A stretch of DNA of 57,492 nt, filler included, from Bipalium vagum (lineage: Eukaryota), in NCBI GenBank assembly GCA_037834085.1. It is 3 parts of 3 records of this genome, joined end to end, with 100 filler letters (N's around TTAATTAATTAA, not from the genome) between each part and the next. Parts side by side here need not be neighbours in the genome. Positions count along the whole stretch, not along the records: positions 23,244 to 40,408 come from JBBMKC010076147.1; 2 more parts are not named here. One strand, given 5' to 3'. Below the pieces are notes generated by a model that did no database searches, had not been told where the DNA came from, and worked only from the letters and a program-made list of their open reading frames with translations. Every line of letters begins with the position of its first letter. Within the stretch, counting starts at the first letter, position 1. Below are positions 24,416-38,370 of the stretch, piece after piece. The position numbers and the translations under genes are program-made.

Positions 24416-27400
24416 GATGAAGAGGAACAAAAAATTTTCGAAAATCATGTGACTGATGAAATAGAGGAAAGCCTTTCCAATATTGTCTCTTCAATCTTAG
24501 ATGAAAATCCTGAGGAAATACTAATGAATGAAGTGCCTTTAAACAATAACTTAGAAGATCAGTCCCTAGATATAAAATCAGATGCTCCGATTAACAGTAC
24601 GAATTTTTAATATATTTAGTTATTAGTTAATAATTAAATGGCCATTTTCTAAATAACAAGGATAGAATCTATTGACTTGAAAATTTGACTGAATTCTCCT
24701 TCTCGTTTGTTTTAATGAATAAAGCAGAAATTTGATTATTGATAATTCAAGTTTGTATTTTTATAACCATTTTTTAAATTTTAAATACAGCATAAAATGC
24801 AGAGATTGTCCATTTGCCCTTTTTGAAATCCACACTTATTGTGAGATTTTTTGAAAAAATAACAGAAGCACCATCATTAAGGTGATTCTGAGATGTGACA
24901 AATATTGGATAAAGATATAAAATAAATATTCAAGGTAATCTCGTCTTTAGTTTGCCAATTCTTGTCTCTTTCTTTGGATTTAATTGACCTACCATCTTTA
25001 CCAGTCATTAAATGCATCTAAGAGATACTTTGACTTATGTATAAATATATTTAAAAATAAAACAAAAACCAAGACATGGTTCATATACGTGATCTGTTTA
25101 AATAAATATATAAACTGTCAGATTTATTTCTGTAAATAAGTTAGTATAATTAGTTTTCATCTTTTTCATGTAAAATTTTTATGATTTTATTTATTATTCT
25201 TATTTATATTATTTTCAGAAATATTTATTGACTCACCTTTTTTCTTTATTACAAACGATGTATGCAGATAAAAAATTAGAAAAACGAGTAAATATAAAAT
25301 TATTGGTCAAAATGGGGAAAATTGTTTGAGATTAATGAAATTTTGAGGTATGATTACGCAAATAACGTCCTAAAGAGAAACTTCTTTCTAATTGATGAAA
25401 GGTTCCAGCGATATTTGTAATGATACAAAAGTCAGGAAAACCACCTTATTCAAGCTTTGATGACAAATTTGAACGTGTTTAGTGTGTAATGTTCTCTGGT
25501 CACAGTTTAACTATTCAGATTACTGTTAACAAATTGTATTTGAAGTCAACTGTGTACTCAATTCTAAAAAATCATTTTAGAGGTTAAAAAATTTGTACGA
25601 AAAGTTGAAAAAAATTTCATCCAAAGTTAATGAGGACCGAATGTTACACACAATCAAAAAATAATTTTAAAAGTCTGGGTTTTTTGAAAGGATTAGGAAT
25701 TTGGCTCTATGAATATGACTTGAAATTATTTCCGCCATCAATTTATTTCTAGAAAAACAAACAGTGAAGTCGATTTTTTATGTTTGGTGTTCTTAAGCAC
25801 TTGAGAAATCGTGTAATTCGAGTACGAACAAATCTGTGTAATGATGATGGGTAGTTGTGAACTCCATTTGCATATTTCTTATGTGGTGGTTAATATCAAC
25901 AAATGGAAACTACAGAATATAAAAGAATTTAATAGGCACTTTCCTTTAGACCAATACGATAATGCTTCAGCGAATCAACGATTAAAGCAATTAAATGAAA
26001 TGAATGAATAAACAATAATGCTAAGTTAAGCGAAGACAAAAATAAAAATAAGATAAATACTCTCACCGCAAAGATGCTCTTAATCCCCCGGATAGTCAGT
26101 CAATCCTAATGGTTCGCTATGAGACAACTGGGCTTCTGGAGGCAAAAGAAAAACCCTGTTGAGTCATTACCATAATCAATATATAAAAGCTCGTAAAAAC
26201 AATATTACGGAAAAAAAAATTCTTATGGAGTTGCTTATATGGAGTATATCAACCCCTGACTGCTAGCCGATCAATCTATTCGTTGGATATCAAAATTTGT
26301 GGGAATAATTTATTATTCCTATTTTTTAAAATATATTATTATTAATTATCATTATTAGACTCCTTTTTGGCCATTATAATCTACCCCTTCTATTGATGCA
26401 TTTGCAAAACCCAAAATTATTTCTGTATTTTTAAATGTTCTCAAAAAAATTTCTATTTTAAAATACAATTAATGTTACAATTTTAATGAAATATTATTTA
26501 CAGAGTTGACTTCATTTTTCTTGTTGTCCAAAGAGCTGAGAACTTAACTGTGATTTTTTGTTATCTGAAATAAGCTCAGTAAATTAGGTCTTTGTTTGGT
26601 ATTATCGGATCCAATGTTATCAAAACAGTTAATTTTGAGCTTTCTACAACTGTGCAATTGTTAAATGGACTAATTTTCTATCAATTTTTGATTCAGTTTT
26701 TCTTTAATTGTGCTACGTTAATATTATCATTATTTTTAATCATTTAATGCTCACCAATAACAAATATCGATTGATTATCGGTGATTTTATTAATTTTTAT
26801 TATTATAAACAGTTTTTAGTCTTGTTTCAATTATATGAAGTCATTAATGATTACTGAAATATGGATCAGGTTTTTTTGAAGAAAATGATTTTTATTTTTT
26901 TACTAGAAGAAGAATCTTACGACCAGGTTTGGGGAAATCATGTTATGGTAACGCAGAGATCTTTGGAAGAAGTGAAGATTGTAAATAATGAAACTAAAGA
27001 AGCTACGTCGAACGCAGATGATACATTAGAATCACCTTCAAATATGAATTCTAAGCTGTTGTCAGCTGGCACTTCGACTTCGTCAAAGGTTTATTCATCA
27101 TTAATTGCTAGCAAATATTTAGCCCCGACAGCTGATTTCGTTTATAACTTATTTTTCCGGAGATTACATTTTCCTCTTTTAACAGTCAAGGTATTGTCAA
27201 AAATTATTCTCATTTTAATATTTAATTGGAATTCTTGTTCCAAAAATGCAGCTTCCAAAGAAAAGCCATTTCCAATTTAAAATGTTTCCAAAAGTGTCGA
27301 AAAATATTAAATATAGCAAATCTATGTTTTCTTTCCAATATCATTTTTTCGTAAGAATTAATATGTAAATAATTATCGATCTTCTATGTTAATTTTAGAT

Positions 27401-30400
27401 TTTAATTGTGAATGAAAAAATGTGTTTAAGTAATAAATTTATTATTTTTCGCACATATCTCAATAGAAATCAATGTAAACATTCTGAAGTTGAATTTTTA
27501 GTTTTATGTAGATTCATTAGAGAATATTCAAAGTCGAGCAACTACGAAATACATTTTTCCCACAGAATATTTTATATTCTCAAATATCAAGATGAAAGTT
27601 TATTTTTCTACTTTTCCCCCTAATTTTATACAATTTTATCGATGTTTTTTCCGTATTAGCTTTTCATGCTTATTGATATAGAAGGGAATTAAAAAGTAAA
27701 ATTCATTCTTTTGACACCATTTATTAATTTGGAATAGAATATTGTTGTGACAACAATTTCAATTAAAGCAGTTTGTAAATTTTTCTTTTTTTATTTGTCA
27801 ATCTTTCGTAGGATTCCGATCAACCTTGGGAATTCATAGGGGATGAAATTTTGGCACAAAGATTAGTAAGTGCAGTGCTGTACGTATATCTTGTGTAACA
27901 CAATAATATATAAATTGGTTTTGTCGTTATGATACTGCCTTGACATCATTATTTTATTTTATTGCACCCTTTGATTGTCGTGTTATTTAATTTACAATTT
28001 TCAAACCTTTAAGGAATTAACTAAACTAATGGAGATATTTCCTGGTGCAGATGTCTGCAGCTCAGACAATGGTTTAAATTCCGTTTTTGGAGGATTATGT
28101 TCGAAATGCGAAAGACCTTTAGAATCCGGTTTGGGTTTTTTGTTAAATTTTTTCTATAGAACTCATTTTAAATTAGAATTTGACGTTTCAATTTTGATTT
28201 AATCAATTGATCTCCTAATTGTTATTTGTTTAAAAAAATTAATTCTATTTATTAATAGTACTAGTTAATTATTATTACATTTTATTGTTAATCAATTTAT
28301 TTAAATGATTATTTTTTAAAAAAACTAATTATTGTATAATATTTAACGTTGAGAAATCAATTAATATTAAAATAATAATAGAAATTTTATAATTTTTATA
28401 TTATATAATTCCGGAAATTAATAATAATAATACATTTATTTTATATTAACCTTTTCCATAAGTAATAATAAAAGGTGAATATGACTTTTAATATTCAAAA
28501 GTTAAAAATTGTAAACGGTTAAAATAACACTACCTAGTATGTGTCGACTGTCATTGAACAGAAAAATAAAATTTTATTAATTGATCATTGTTGCTGAATT
28601 ATAATTTTAAGAAATTTGAAATTGTTATGTACTAGAGATAAAAAATCGTTCAAATATCAACATTTTTTCAAAAAATGACTTAAGTTTGCTTTTTACGTTT
28701 TGGTAGGTATAATTTATATAATCAATAGTTACAGTACTGTGACGATTGTTTATATTACGAAGTGAAATTTTATTTAAGACACTGTTAAGTCACAAAACAC
28801 AGTGAGAACAATTATTAAAATGTGATATATGATTTTAATCTGAAAATCAATAGTAAAGTTGAATTGTGTTTTTTAACAAGTTAAATTTACAATTATAGCT
28901 TTTTTCATTTTATTTTTGATTTTTTGTGATCACTATTAAAGAAAGTAGTTAAAATAATTATTTTGTAATAGTTAAACCTATTTTTTATAACCAATCACTG
29001 TTATTTTAAATAATCAATTTAATAATTTAGTTTTATATGAAAGATTATTGTCATCGATTTGAAGTTGAATAAATATATTTTTAATAAAAAGAAAGAATTT
29101 TTAAGGTTAATTATAACAATTTTGAAATTTATAGTTTTCAAAAAAATAATTAAAATATTGAATTATCAATAAAATTTAATATTATTGATAAATTATTGGA
29201 ATTTAAATTTACTTATTACTTAATTAAATTAAAAATAATAAATTAATTTTATTATTTGAAATAAAATAATTAAAATATAAAATTAACAATAAAAATCATT
29301 TATTTGAAAATTAAATATTGGTTTTTGATTTATTTTATTAAAAATGAAAAAAGAATAATTGAAAATAATTTTAGGAAAAGCAATGATGGATCATTATGAT
29401 GGAAGACTGTTCTGCACGGAATGCGAATCGTTTACCAAAGCCGTCATTCCAAGAAATATTATTCATAATTGGGATTTTGAACCGAAATTTGGTAGGGGTT
29501 TTTGCCATATTTTCAGTGAAGTTGTTTTTTAATTTTTCCGTTAAGTTTCTGAAACAACGAAACGATTTCTCTCAGAAATTATGAGCCACCCGAACATAAA
29601 TTTGGCGAATTATTCTAGTCTTTTCGATGTGATCCCGGAATTGGCTCGTGTTCGTCAGTTGAGACACAAATTGAATCTTCTGTGGCTTCAGGTGACTTCA
29701 TGCGACATTGAGACGTCCACAAAGGTCCGTGAAACCATGTTTCCTCGAGAATACATGTTGGGCAATGTTTTAGAGAAAGATTTGTATTCCCTTGAAGTAA
29801 TTTACCCTTATTTAGTTGTAATCATTTTGATAATATTTTCCAAAAAACAGGATTTGATAATTGTTCAACGAGGAATTCTTGAAAAAACTTTGTTGCACGT
29901 GATTAACAAAATTGCTATTCCACATGTTAAAAAATGTCTAGTTTGTCGAATGAAGGCCATGGCTTGTGATAAATGTCGAGATGAAAAGAGAGTGATATAT
30001 ATTCACGAAATCGATGAATATTGTGAAGTATGCAAAGAATATTTTTAAAAAAATCATAATAATCAATTAAAATATGTTTCAATTCTTTTAAAATAAAAAA
30101 TCAATTTTCGATTTATAAAACTGTAAAAAGATAATTATTTGCTCTATTTTAATTGTTCAAAAGTATGGTGCTCATTCTTCGTTTAATTGAGATGCGAGAG
30201 TGCTAATACTCGTTGAATTTTTACATGATTGACTAGCATTTTAAAAAATGTGTTGGTTTATGTTCAGTATTTTTACTTTATTTTTTTTATGTTTAAAGGT
30301 TTTAATTCTTATCATATATTATAATGATATATTAATTAAATTTTTGGCCTTAAGATCATCGTTTTACTACCAAATCATTTGTAGTTATTTTAAAATTATT

Positions 30401-30622
30401 TCACTATATGATCCCTATAAATCTATTTAAAAATGATATTTGAAAATTAATTTAATTGAACTTTATTTTCAGTGCTCTACACCTTTGTGTAAATCAGTTA
30501 TTCATAAAACCTGTAAAAATCCATCAACAGTATCATTCTATTGTAGAAGATGTGTTCAATATCTTGAAAATCAACAGCCAATAACCCTGGCAAGCTTTGA
30601 TACTGCCAATTATGACAATTAA
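24416..30622 (+). CDS. Rubicon-homology (RH / zf-RING_9) domain protein, PLEKHM1/PLEKHM3/DEF8-like, 5' partial
   Basis: Phase-compatible exons 24416-24596, 26907-27190, 27812-27865, 28014-28128, 29375-29491, 29546-29796, 29851-30027, 30473-30622. Spliced: GLNSVFGGLCSKC...GRLFCTEC...AVIPRNIIHNWDFEPKFVS...DLYSLEDL...HVKKCLVCRMKAMACDKC...CSTPLCKSVIHKTC...CRRC; IPxxIIHNWDF and HxxxCxxC are RH signatures. Confidence 0.88.
25258..25900 (+). mobile_element. Mariner transposase remnant in intron
   Basis: MYADKKLEKRVNIKLLVKMGK N-terminus and WLYEYD motif; heavily frameshifted. Confidence 0.6.
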
Positions 30623-31788
30623 ATTGTTTCATAAACTAATAAAAAATGAATTTCATTTGATTATTATTATATATTTGTTCATAACTTTAAGTATTATTAT
30701 TATTCGACACATTTTTTGTAAATATAGGTTACTTTAATAAAAAGAATATTCCAACATAATTCCATACAGATTATAAAAATAAATAATAATAATATAAACT
30801 TGTAATTTTAAGTGGTAAGAATTGATACTTAAAATATTAGGATACTCTATAAGTTTGAATTTCTTATTAGCTTATTCAAGTGTTACTTTGAAAATATAAC
30901 AATACTATGATGTCATCAGTTTTTTTATCTTTATAGTTTTATATATTTTTAGAATGCGAACTTCTTGAATTATTACCAATTACTGAAATTTGTTTATTGG
31001 AAAATCGTTCAATAATAAAAAATTTATTTGACAAATCTTTTATTTAAAATGTACTTATATTTTTACAAATGTTCTGAAGAACTTTGTGTTTAATGCCAGT
31101 GGATTTAGTTTTTTTAAAAATGATGATTGAGGTAAATTTTGGAATGCAAAGTAGACTTTGGTGATATTTAAATAATTTGATATAAAGATTTAGAATTCTT
31201 GGTTAAAAGTTTCAACATGTACCTTGTTTAGAATTCGATTTGTTTAATCAAATATAGATAACGATTTGTTTTAAAATAATCATGTGAAATTAAATAAAAT
31301 TTCTGCATCACTTAGACTAAATTGAGATTTTAAATATAGGTTTTTATGTGACTAAGAAATGATCAAAGGAAATATATTTATGTATTTCGTCAAAACAAAC
31401 TAAAGTAAAGATAACCGAAATTAAAAGAATAACAAATATTTAAGTATAAGTTAAGGTTAATCAGTTAAATTCTATTATAAAATGCTTTATCTTATACGTT
31501 AGTAATTATATAATAATTTTTAATAATATTATTATTATATAGGATTTTTTGTTTTCTAACAGTACACAAAAATAAACTCTTTAATATAAAAATTTTAATT
31601 TTTGACAAACAAAAAATTTATTAAAGATCTTAAAAGTGAAATGGAAAAAATAGTAATTAAATAAAATGTAATCACATTTGTTTATTTATTTTATACAAAC
31701 AAGTATTTTCAAAACTATGTATATAATTTTAAAAGTTCAAAAGTTGCTATTTTAGTTTAGACAATTATAATAATAATGTCTAATTTAG

Positions 31789-34700
31789 TCACAATGAAAT
31801 TTCCATTTTAAAGTCTTCCTTGGATTTGAAAATCGAGGAAATTGTTGTAGCAAATTTTGAAAGAAAGATATTAATTGAAAATTTGGGTGACAAATTAAAT
31901 AATACTACAACGACTATCCAATTGTTTGTATTTTAAATTTTTAATTAACATTGAACACATTTTTTAGTGAAGATCAGACATTGTATTCTTTTATTACATC
32001 AAAAAATGATATTTCAGGAATTCTTATTTTAATAATTTTACTGGATAATTCTCCCAACTATCTGGATTTGTATGATAAGGCATTGATAATATTACTGAAC
32101 TATTTTTAAGGTTTCATACGGAGATCAAGCAGTATTTGAATCAGAAATTCAGCATAATTGTTATATCTTTACTTAGAAATATTTGACTATTTTTGTTTAG
32201 GAAGGAAATAGCTCTCTAGATTTAGATTGGAAAAGAAATTGTATTTTATATCTTCCGTCATTCATAAAGCGTTACAAACCGGTATTGTCCGAAATCATAT
32301 TTTCCGTATTATTGTTTGTTTGATTAAAATGTCATTATTGAAATGCAGTCTATTTTAGGTCGGCAATTTGTTTACAAGAATATATCTGAAGAGGAAATCG
32401 AAGAAATTGAGAGGTATGCGATTAATCTAAGTGTTGTTCTTTTTGATCATTAACATATATTTTGTTATCTAATCTCTTTAATATTTGTTATTTATCTAAT
32501 ACAGATAAAGAAAATAAAAATATAATTTTTTTAGTGATAATGAAAAATTTTCTAATTAAAGAATTTTTTTATAAACGTGAACATTAATAATACGCTTAAA
32601 ATATTTTTGATTTAATGTCTTTCGCTGATAACGTTTTTTAATGATTCTACCATAGCTTTATTGTAATTATCAGCTCAAAATAATGGTAATAATTATCACC
32701 AAATAAATTATAAATAATAAATAATAAATAAATTCGTGCTTTTTGTTTTCTGGAATAAGAATGGAATTTTAATTTTTGAAATGTGGTCTTAACCCTCAAA
32801 CAATAACGATTTCACAAAGTTATCACACAAACAAACCGATATAATCAAATGAAATGAGTTTTTTAAAAAGTTGAGAAGACCAAATCCCATAGGTCATCGT
32901 TCTACAAACCATTGAGAGAATGGTTGGTATTTGTTTGTAAAAGTGATGAATTGTATTTTCGTTGTTAATTGTTTAATATAAAAGTTTTATATTACACTTT
33001 GTGTTAGAACGATTATTTTTTATGTGATACCATTAAGATCAATCAAATTATTTAAATAAACTCAAACTATGTTTACATTTTAATCTAACTAATTATTAAG
33101 ATATTTTAATTCATATTTCATTTTTTAATAAAATATTTTTTAAAACTTTAGTTTTTGTCTAAAATAAATCGTGAAAAATAAAATTGAACTAAAACTGAGC
33201 TTCGGTCTAGTAAAACTTAGAATTATAATTTTAAAATGTTAGATATAATAAATACAGATCACTCAACGTAAGAGATTGATAATTTTTTATTATTTCAAAA
33301 ATTCATTGTAGAATATTTTATTGTTCTTGAATTTTATGAATAATATTAATTAGTTCTAAAACTAAAATTGAGTTACTGTATTTTTTGTGTGGGACAATCA
33401 TATATTGATTATTTACCAATAAATCAATATAAAAACAGTATTTCTTAAAGTAAAAAAAACTCTTAATCTAAACATACATATTTATAATTTACTTAATTTC
33501 CAAGTATATATATTGTAGAAGGAATACGTATTGAAATGTATTTTTGTTTCTGTAAAATCAAAAGAAAAATATTTTATTCTAGATATGCAACAACTAATTT
33601 GAAAGTTTTTTTTTTAAAAAAAATGATATATCTATAGAACTTTATTAGTCGAATAATTGAATTGAACAAATTTTGGGAACTTGTGTGTGAGAATGATGGG
33701 TTACATTTCAGTTATTAATTGTTCAAAATACAAATTCTAATTGAAATCAATTCTCTTTGTTATTCAATATTTGCTGCTTCTGAATAATTTCAACATAATG
33801 TGGGATGGTTACAACCAAAAATTGAAGAAAATTGTTTAAAACTGAACTTTTAAAGCGCTTAATACTTAATAATTGATCTATCTTTTTTATTCTGAAACTA
33901 GATATCAATGTGTCTCAGGTGTCAATTTACGAGAAGACAACTTTTAACCAAATATTGATTGAGAAAAATATTTAAAAACCAAGATTTTTTAAAACTGACG
34001 GAAATTACTTTAAATAATATTTTTTGTCTAGTTTTATTCGGCAATTAAAATGTAAAAAAAAGTTCGTAAAATAAATCAAATAATATTTCAATTCTAAAAA
34101 AAGCCATTTAAATATTTTTTACTTTATTGAACTATTTCAACGGAAAACTAGATGAGCAAAATATTAGGAAAATAATAATAAATGATAATGATAATAATTG
34201 AAATAAATCTAGAACAGTTCAATACTTAGTTGCTTAACTAAAAACCTAAAATAATGTAAAAAATATTATTCAGAATTTGTAACTGGAAATAACTCGGGCA
34301 TACCATCATTTTCTTCACTATTAATAATCCTTTGTTATAAAAACTTTCCATTAGATATAACCCATTTCATGTCTAATTAATTTCATTTCAGATTCAAGTA
34401 TTGCTTTGAAATTATTGATGCAAAAGAGAAACAGAAAGCGGACTCGTTGAAAATCTTTATTATGGAGCAGGAAAATGAATTGATAACGTGCAACGTTACA
34501 GGTTAATAGAGTTTGTTTATCTTATTTTTTGCTGGACTTAAATTAACGATATGCACTAAAATCAAAGCTGGGAAGATTCTTTTTATCGAACTTAATATAT
34601 AGCTTAGGAAAGGCAAAGAATCTTTTTACATTATTTTTTAAAAATTTTATGTTTTTGGATTTTTCTGTCTTTTCTCAATAGGGATATACGTATATGTAAC

Positions 34701-37172
34701 TGGTTTTTTTCAACTGTTGGCTTAAGAGGTCCAGCGTGATAACTTTGTGTAAAATAAAAAACAGGCAAGAGTTTTTTACGTCTCAGCAAATTGATTTCCT
34801 TTTTATGAGAATTTATTCGATTGGATTGTAAATTTTAAAGTTCAACTAATAAATAAAAAAAGAAAAATTTAATGACAGTTATTTTCATAGTTTTCTTTGA
34901 TCTTTTTCCATCTTAAAGGTAAATTCATGAAGCCATCTTCATAAAAATTAGAAATTATAAGAATTATTAAAATAGGAAAAATATACATTGTAAAAGACAA
35001 ATTACTTAAAATAAAAAATATTAATTATACACGTTTATTGATTTTTAAAATAAGACAGGCAAAGAAGTAAATAACTTACATTCCAAGGCGATACTAATTA
35101 ACATATACAATTTCATTAAAATAAATATCATATGAAAGAAGAGAAAAGTGGACAAATATCAGAAATTAAAGTGACTCAAAAATTTACGCGATATATTTAT
35201 AACGCTCTAGGTCGCAAGCTAAAATGTTACAAGAGGGCTAACAATTGGGCTCATCAGCTCCCTCGAAGAAGTAAATAGAAAACTCGCGAATAAACAAAGC
35301 GATTAAGGTATTGTTATCACAAGTGCAAGGTTAGAAATCTATTCAATCAAACAATATTCAAAAAACAAACGATTATTTAATTAATAATATTATTTTCTTG
35401 ACTTTACGATAGTCGAAAAAGTCCTGATAAAAAATGTGTGTTCTGGCGTCTAGAGCGAAGCAAAATCGAATTAGCGAGAGAACAAAAAAAAGAATTAAGA
35501 AAATATTAAAAAGTTAGTGATGAGAAGAATTTTTTCTATCACTAAATAACTTTTAATTATTTAAGTTAAACACTTTTGGAATTAATACAAAACCCTTACG
35601 TATTATTATTACCGGCGTCTTAAAATATCTTTAATTCGAATAGATGTAAGCGTATTCTCAGATTGATTAAGGGCGTTTTGAATGTGAAAACCGGGAGCTT
35701 ATATACTCCGGTTTTCCACATTCTAGAGCTTCTCATTGGGTCTATTCTAACTTCCTAAATATAAATTTATGTGTGGGTGGTTTCTATTTTAAGTAAGTTC
35801 TTATACTATAGAACTTGCTATATTTAGTAACCCTACTTCTACAACATTTATTTATTGTAAGTTATTTAATTTCTATAATAATAATAATGTTTAATCATAT
35901 GGGTTAATATTTTAATTAATATCTAACTCCACTTTTTACATATTTAATTTAACTTTTTAAAATGATTGTTATTTATAATTGTATTAATTATTTTTACAAT
36001 ATAAAATATAAAATCACATCCTTTTTTCAGAGATAAAAATAAAGGTAGTAGGCCTTACGAAGCCTTTTCATGTATATCAATTTAAATTCAAATCAAATGT
36101 TTCCAATGTCGATTACAAGTTTCTGAGAGCTGTCGGCACTTTCCATCGACTCCTGAGGTTCATAAGCGATCTCTGGGTCTGTGTCTTTTGATTTTGTGTT
36201 CGATCTGACTGGTTTTTACCAGTTTTATTTTGGATCTCAACATATTATTATCGATTACGAGAATAGTAAACAATCTTAGAAGTTAGCATTTTCTGAAAAA
36301 TTAATATAAAGAACACTTAAATAGTACGATAAAATATGATAAAATTAAAAAACATCATTAATTTCACACAATCAAATGTAATAAATGTATTTGTCACTCT
36401 CATTGTCAAAGAAGAACATGTATTAAGTTTACAAGCGCAGTCATTTAGAATCAACAAAATTAAAAATCATTAATGACTTATGTAGTAGGACAAAGAAAAG
36501 GTAATGTTGATTATTTTAAACATCATAAAAAATTTTGAAAATAATGAAAGAAAGTACTTGAATTTATTATTGGTTTTAGAAAGAGAGCGAAAAAAAGTGG
36601 AATGGGAATGAATTATTATTCTATTCTTGACTTAATTATTATTATCTGTTCCGAAATTTAAATTTATAAGAAATATGCATTCTTTAATTTCAAATTATAG
36701 ATCTTTTGAAACGATAATTAAAAAGTTAGGTTATCCGATATTTTTATTTTAAATATTCTTCATTATCCGTGCATACATTGGTTTAAATTTTCTTCCTTTT
36801 TAGTTACCAATGTAGCATGCTGTGATCTCGCAGAAACTTTGGCAAAAACGGAAAACCCAATAGAATTGAAAGGGCTCATACGAGATTTTGTTTTGGAAGT
36901 ACTAATTATGATCTTTAACGACACCATTTAACGATGGTGACGATGATGGTGATAAAAACATCATTTTTCAGGTGAATACGGAACTGAATATTGCCAGGAG
37001 AATGCTGAACAAGGCTGTCGGGAATTTCTATGCAAATTATCAATTCTACAAATACGTTGCCTACTCAAATAAAAGTGAAATCTTACATCACCATTTGGAC
37101 CTAAACGAAGATATTTCCGTTAAAGAAAAGGAAGTATTGAATCTTACGATACGCTTGGTAAAAGAAAAATAA
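31789..37172 (+). CDS. Uncharacterised multi-exon protein, weakly longin/DENN (folliculin/C9orf72/SMCR8)-like; 5' end unresolved
   Basis: Exons 31789-31923, 31968-32069, 32111 to about 32159, about 32212 to 32281, 32359-32413, 34392-34501, 36804-36898, 36972-37172 join in compatible phases without stops (junction 3-4 has alternatives); AATAAA just after the stop. The family call is a resemblance only. Confidence 0.65.
35680..35723. other. Intronic GC-rich stem-loop
   Basis: GAATGTGAAAACCGGGAG-cttatata-CTCCGGTTTTCCACATTC, about 17 bp stem with bulges, CTAG at its 3' foot. Confidence 0.6.
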
Positions 37173-37649
37173 ATAATAAATGCGTGATTTTTTTTTATAA
37201 ATTCAATAATGCACTGAAAAAAAGAAATAAAAATATAATTAGGATATCATTGGAGCTATGAAATTTAGAAATATTATTTAACACAAAATTTTGTCATTCA
37301 TTTAACACCAATGATCAAATATTAATTCATTTGTTTAAAGCAGGTTATTCTAAGTGAACATGTTGGAAACATAATTTTTAATACTTGACACAATTGTATC
37401 GTGGTCTAATTTTTATAGAACACGATTTAAAGAAGTGACCAGTTTTACAAGAAAATTATTAGTCTGTTGAATTATTTTTTTCTCTTGTCTTTATTTCATT
37501 TATAAATTAACTAAATCTTATTATTACCGTATTTGTCGGACTATGAACTGCATTCTGGCAGTTTTCCACAGAATACAGAACTAACGTATAAGCCGCATTA
37601 TTCAATTATTGTCAAACAAATCCTCACTGTCAAATTAAAGTACAGATGT

Positions 37650-38370
37650 TACCATTAATTATAATTATCGAACTCAAAATTACTCATCTTAGAGCACTTT
37701 TGCAGATATTAATTTGTTGAATCTAAATTTCCATTAGTCTTACACAAATCAAATGAAATGCGAGTAATAGCGTGTTCGATATTCGTTTTGAGAATTTCCA
37801 GTGTTTGGTTCTTGTTTGTTTCTGTAGACCAATGATTTGATATAATCTCTAAGAAAAAAGCCAAGGGGTGTCAAATCGTACTAACGAAGCAGCCAATTGA
37901 ATGGTCCATTTCTTGAAATAAGACACTCACCAAACTTTGATTTCAATAATTGGATTGTTTGACTAACTGTGTAGCCCGTGTTATTGAAACCACATATCAT
38001 TCAACTGAAAATCTTCTAATTAAAAAAATTTCCTTTAACCGGGAGCCAATTTAGCGTAACCGTTTTTCCAGCGTCGTTGAAAACAATGAACGAACTATAA
38101 AGGCCTCTAACATGAAAAATGCATCAGACAGTGATCTTTTGTGGATATAATGGCACTTTTGCATCACTTCTGGATTTTATCATTACCAAATTCTACAATT
38201 ATGCTTATTCACATAGCCATTGAGCCAAAAATAAACCTCATCAATGAAGATAGCTTTCTTATAAAAATCAGTGGCAATTTAAAGCTATTCTAAAGCCCAT
38301 TTTGTGAATTTTGGTCGCAATCTGTGGTCTTTTGGGTTTAGTACTTGACTCAGTTTAATCTTTGATATAG
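37650..38370 (-). mobile_element. DD41D/rosa-like transposase remnant
   Basis: KIKLSQVLNPKDHRLRPKFTKWALE...IFIDEVYFWLNGYVNKHNCRIW...NP...KFGECLISRNGPFNW...DLTPLGFFL..YIKSLVY. Confidence 0.85.

Noticed and set aside
26130-26170. 28S rRNA-like AAAGAAAAACCCTGTTGAG
   Set aside because: Match under 20 nt with unrelated flanks; not an rRNA gene.
28707-28761. Possible extra RH exon encoding QYCDDC
   Set aside because: Flanking exons already join in phase and supply the CxxC; splice sites are weak.
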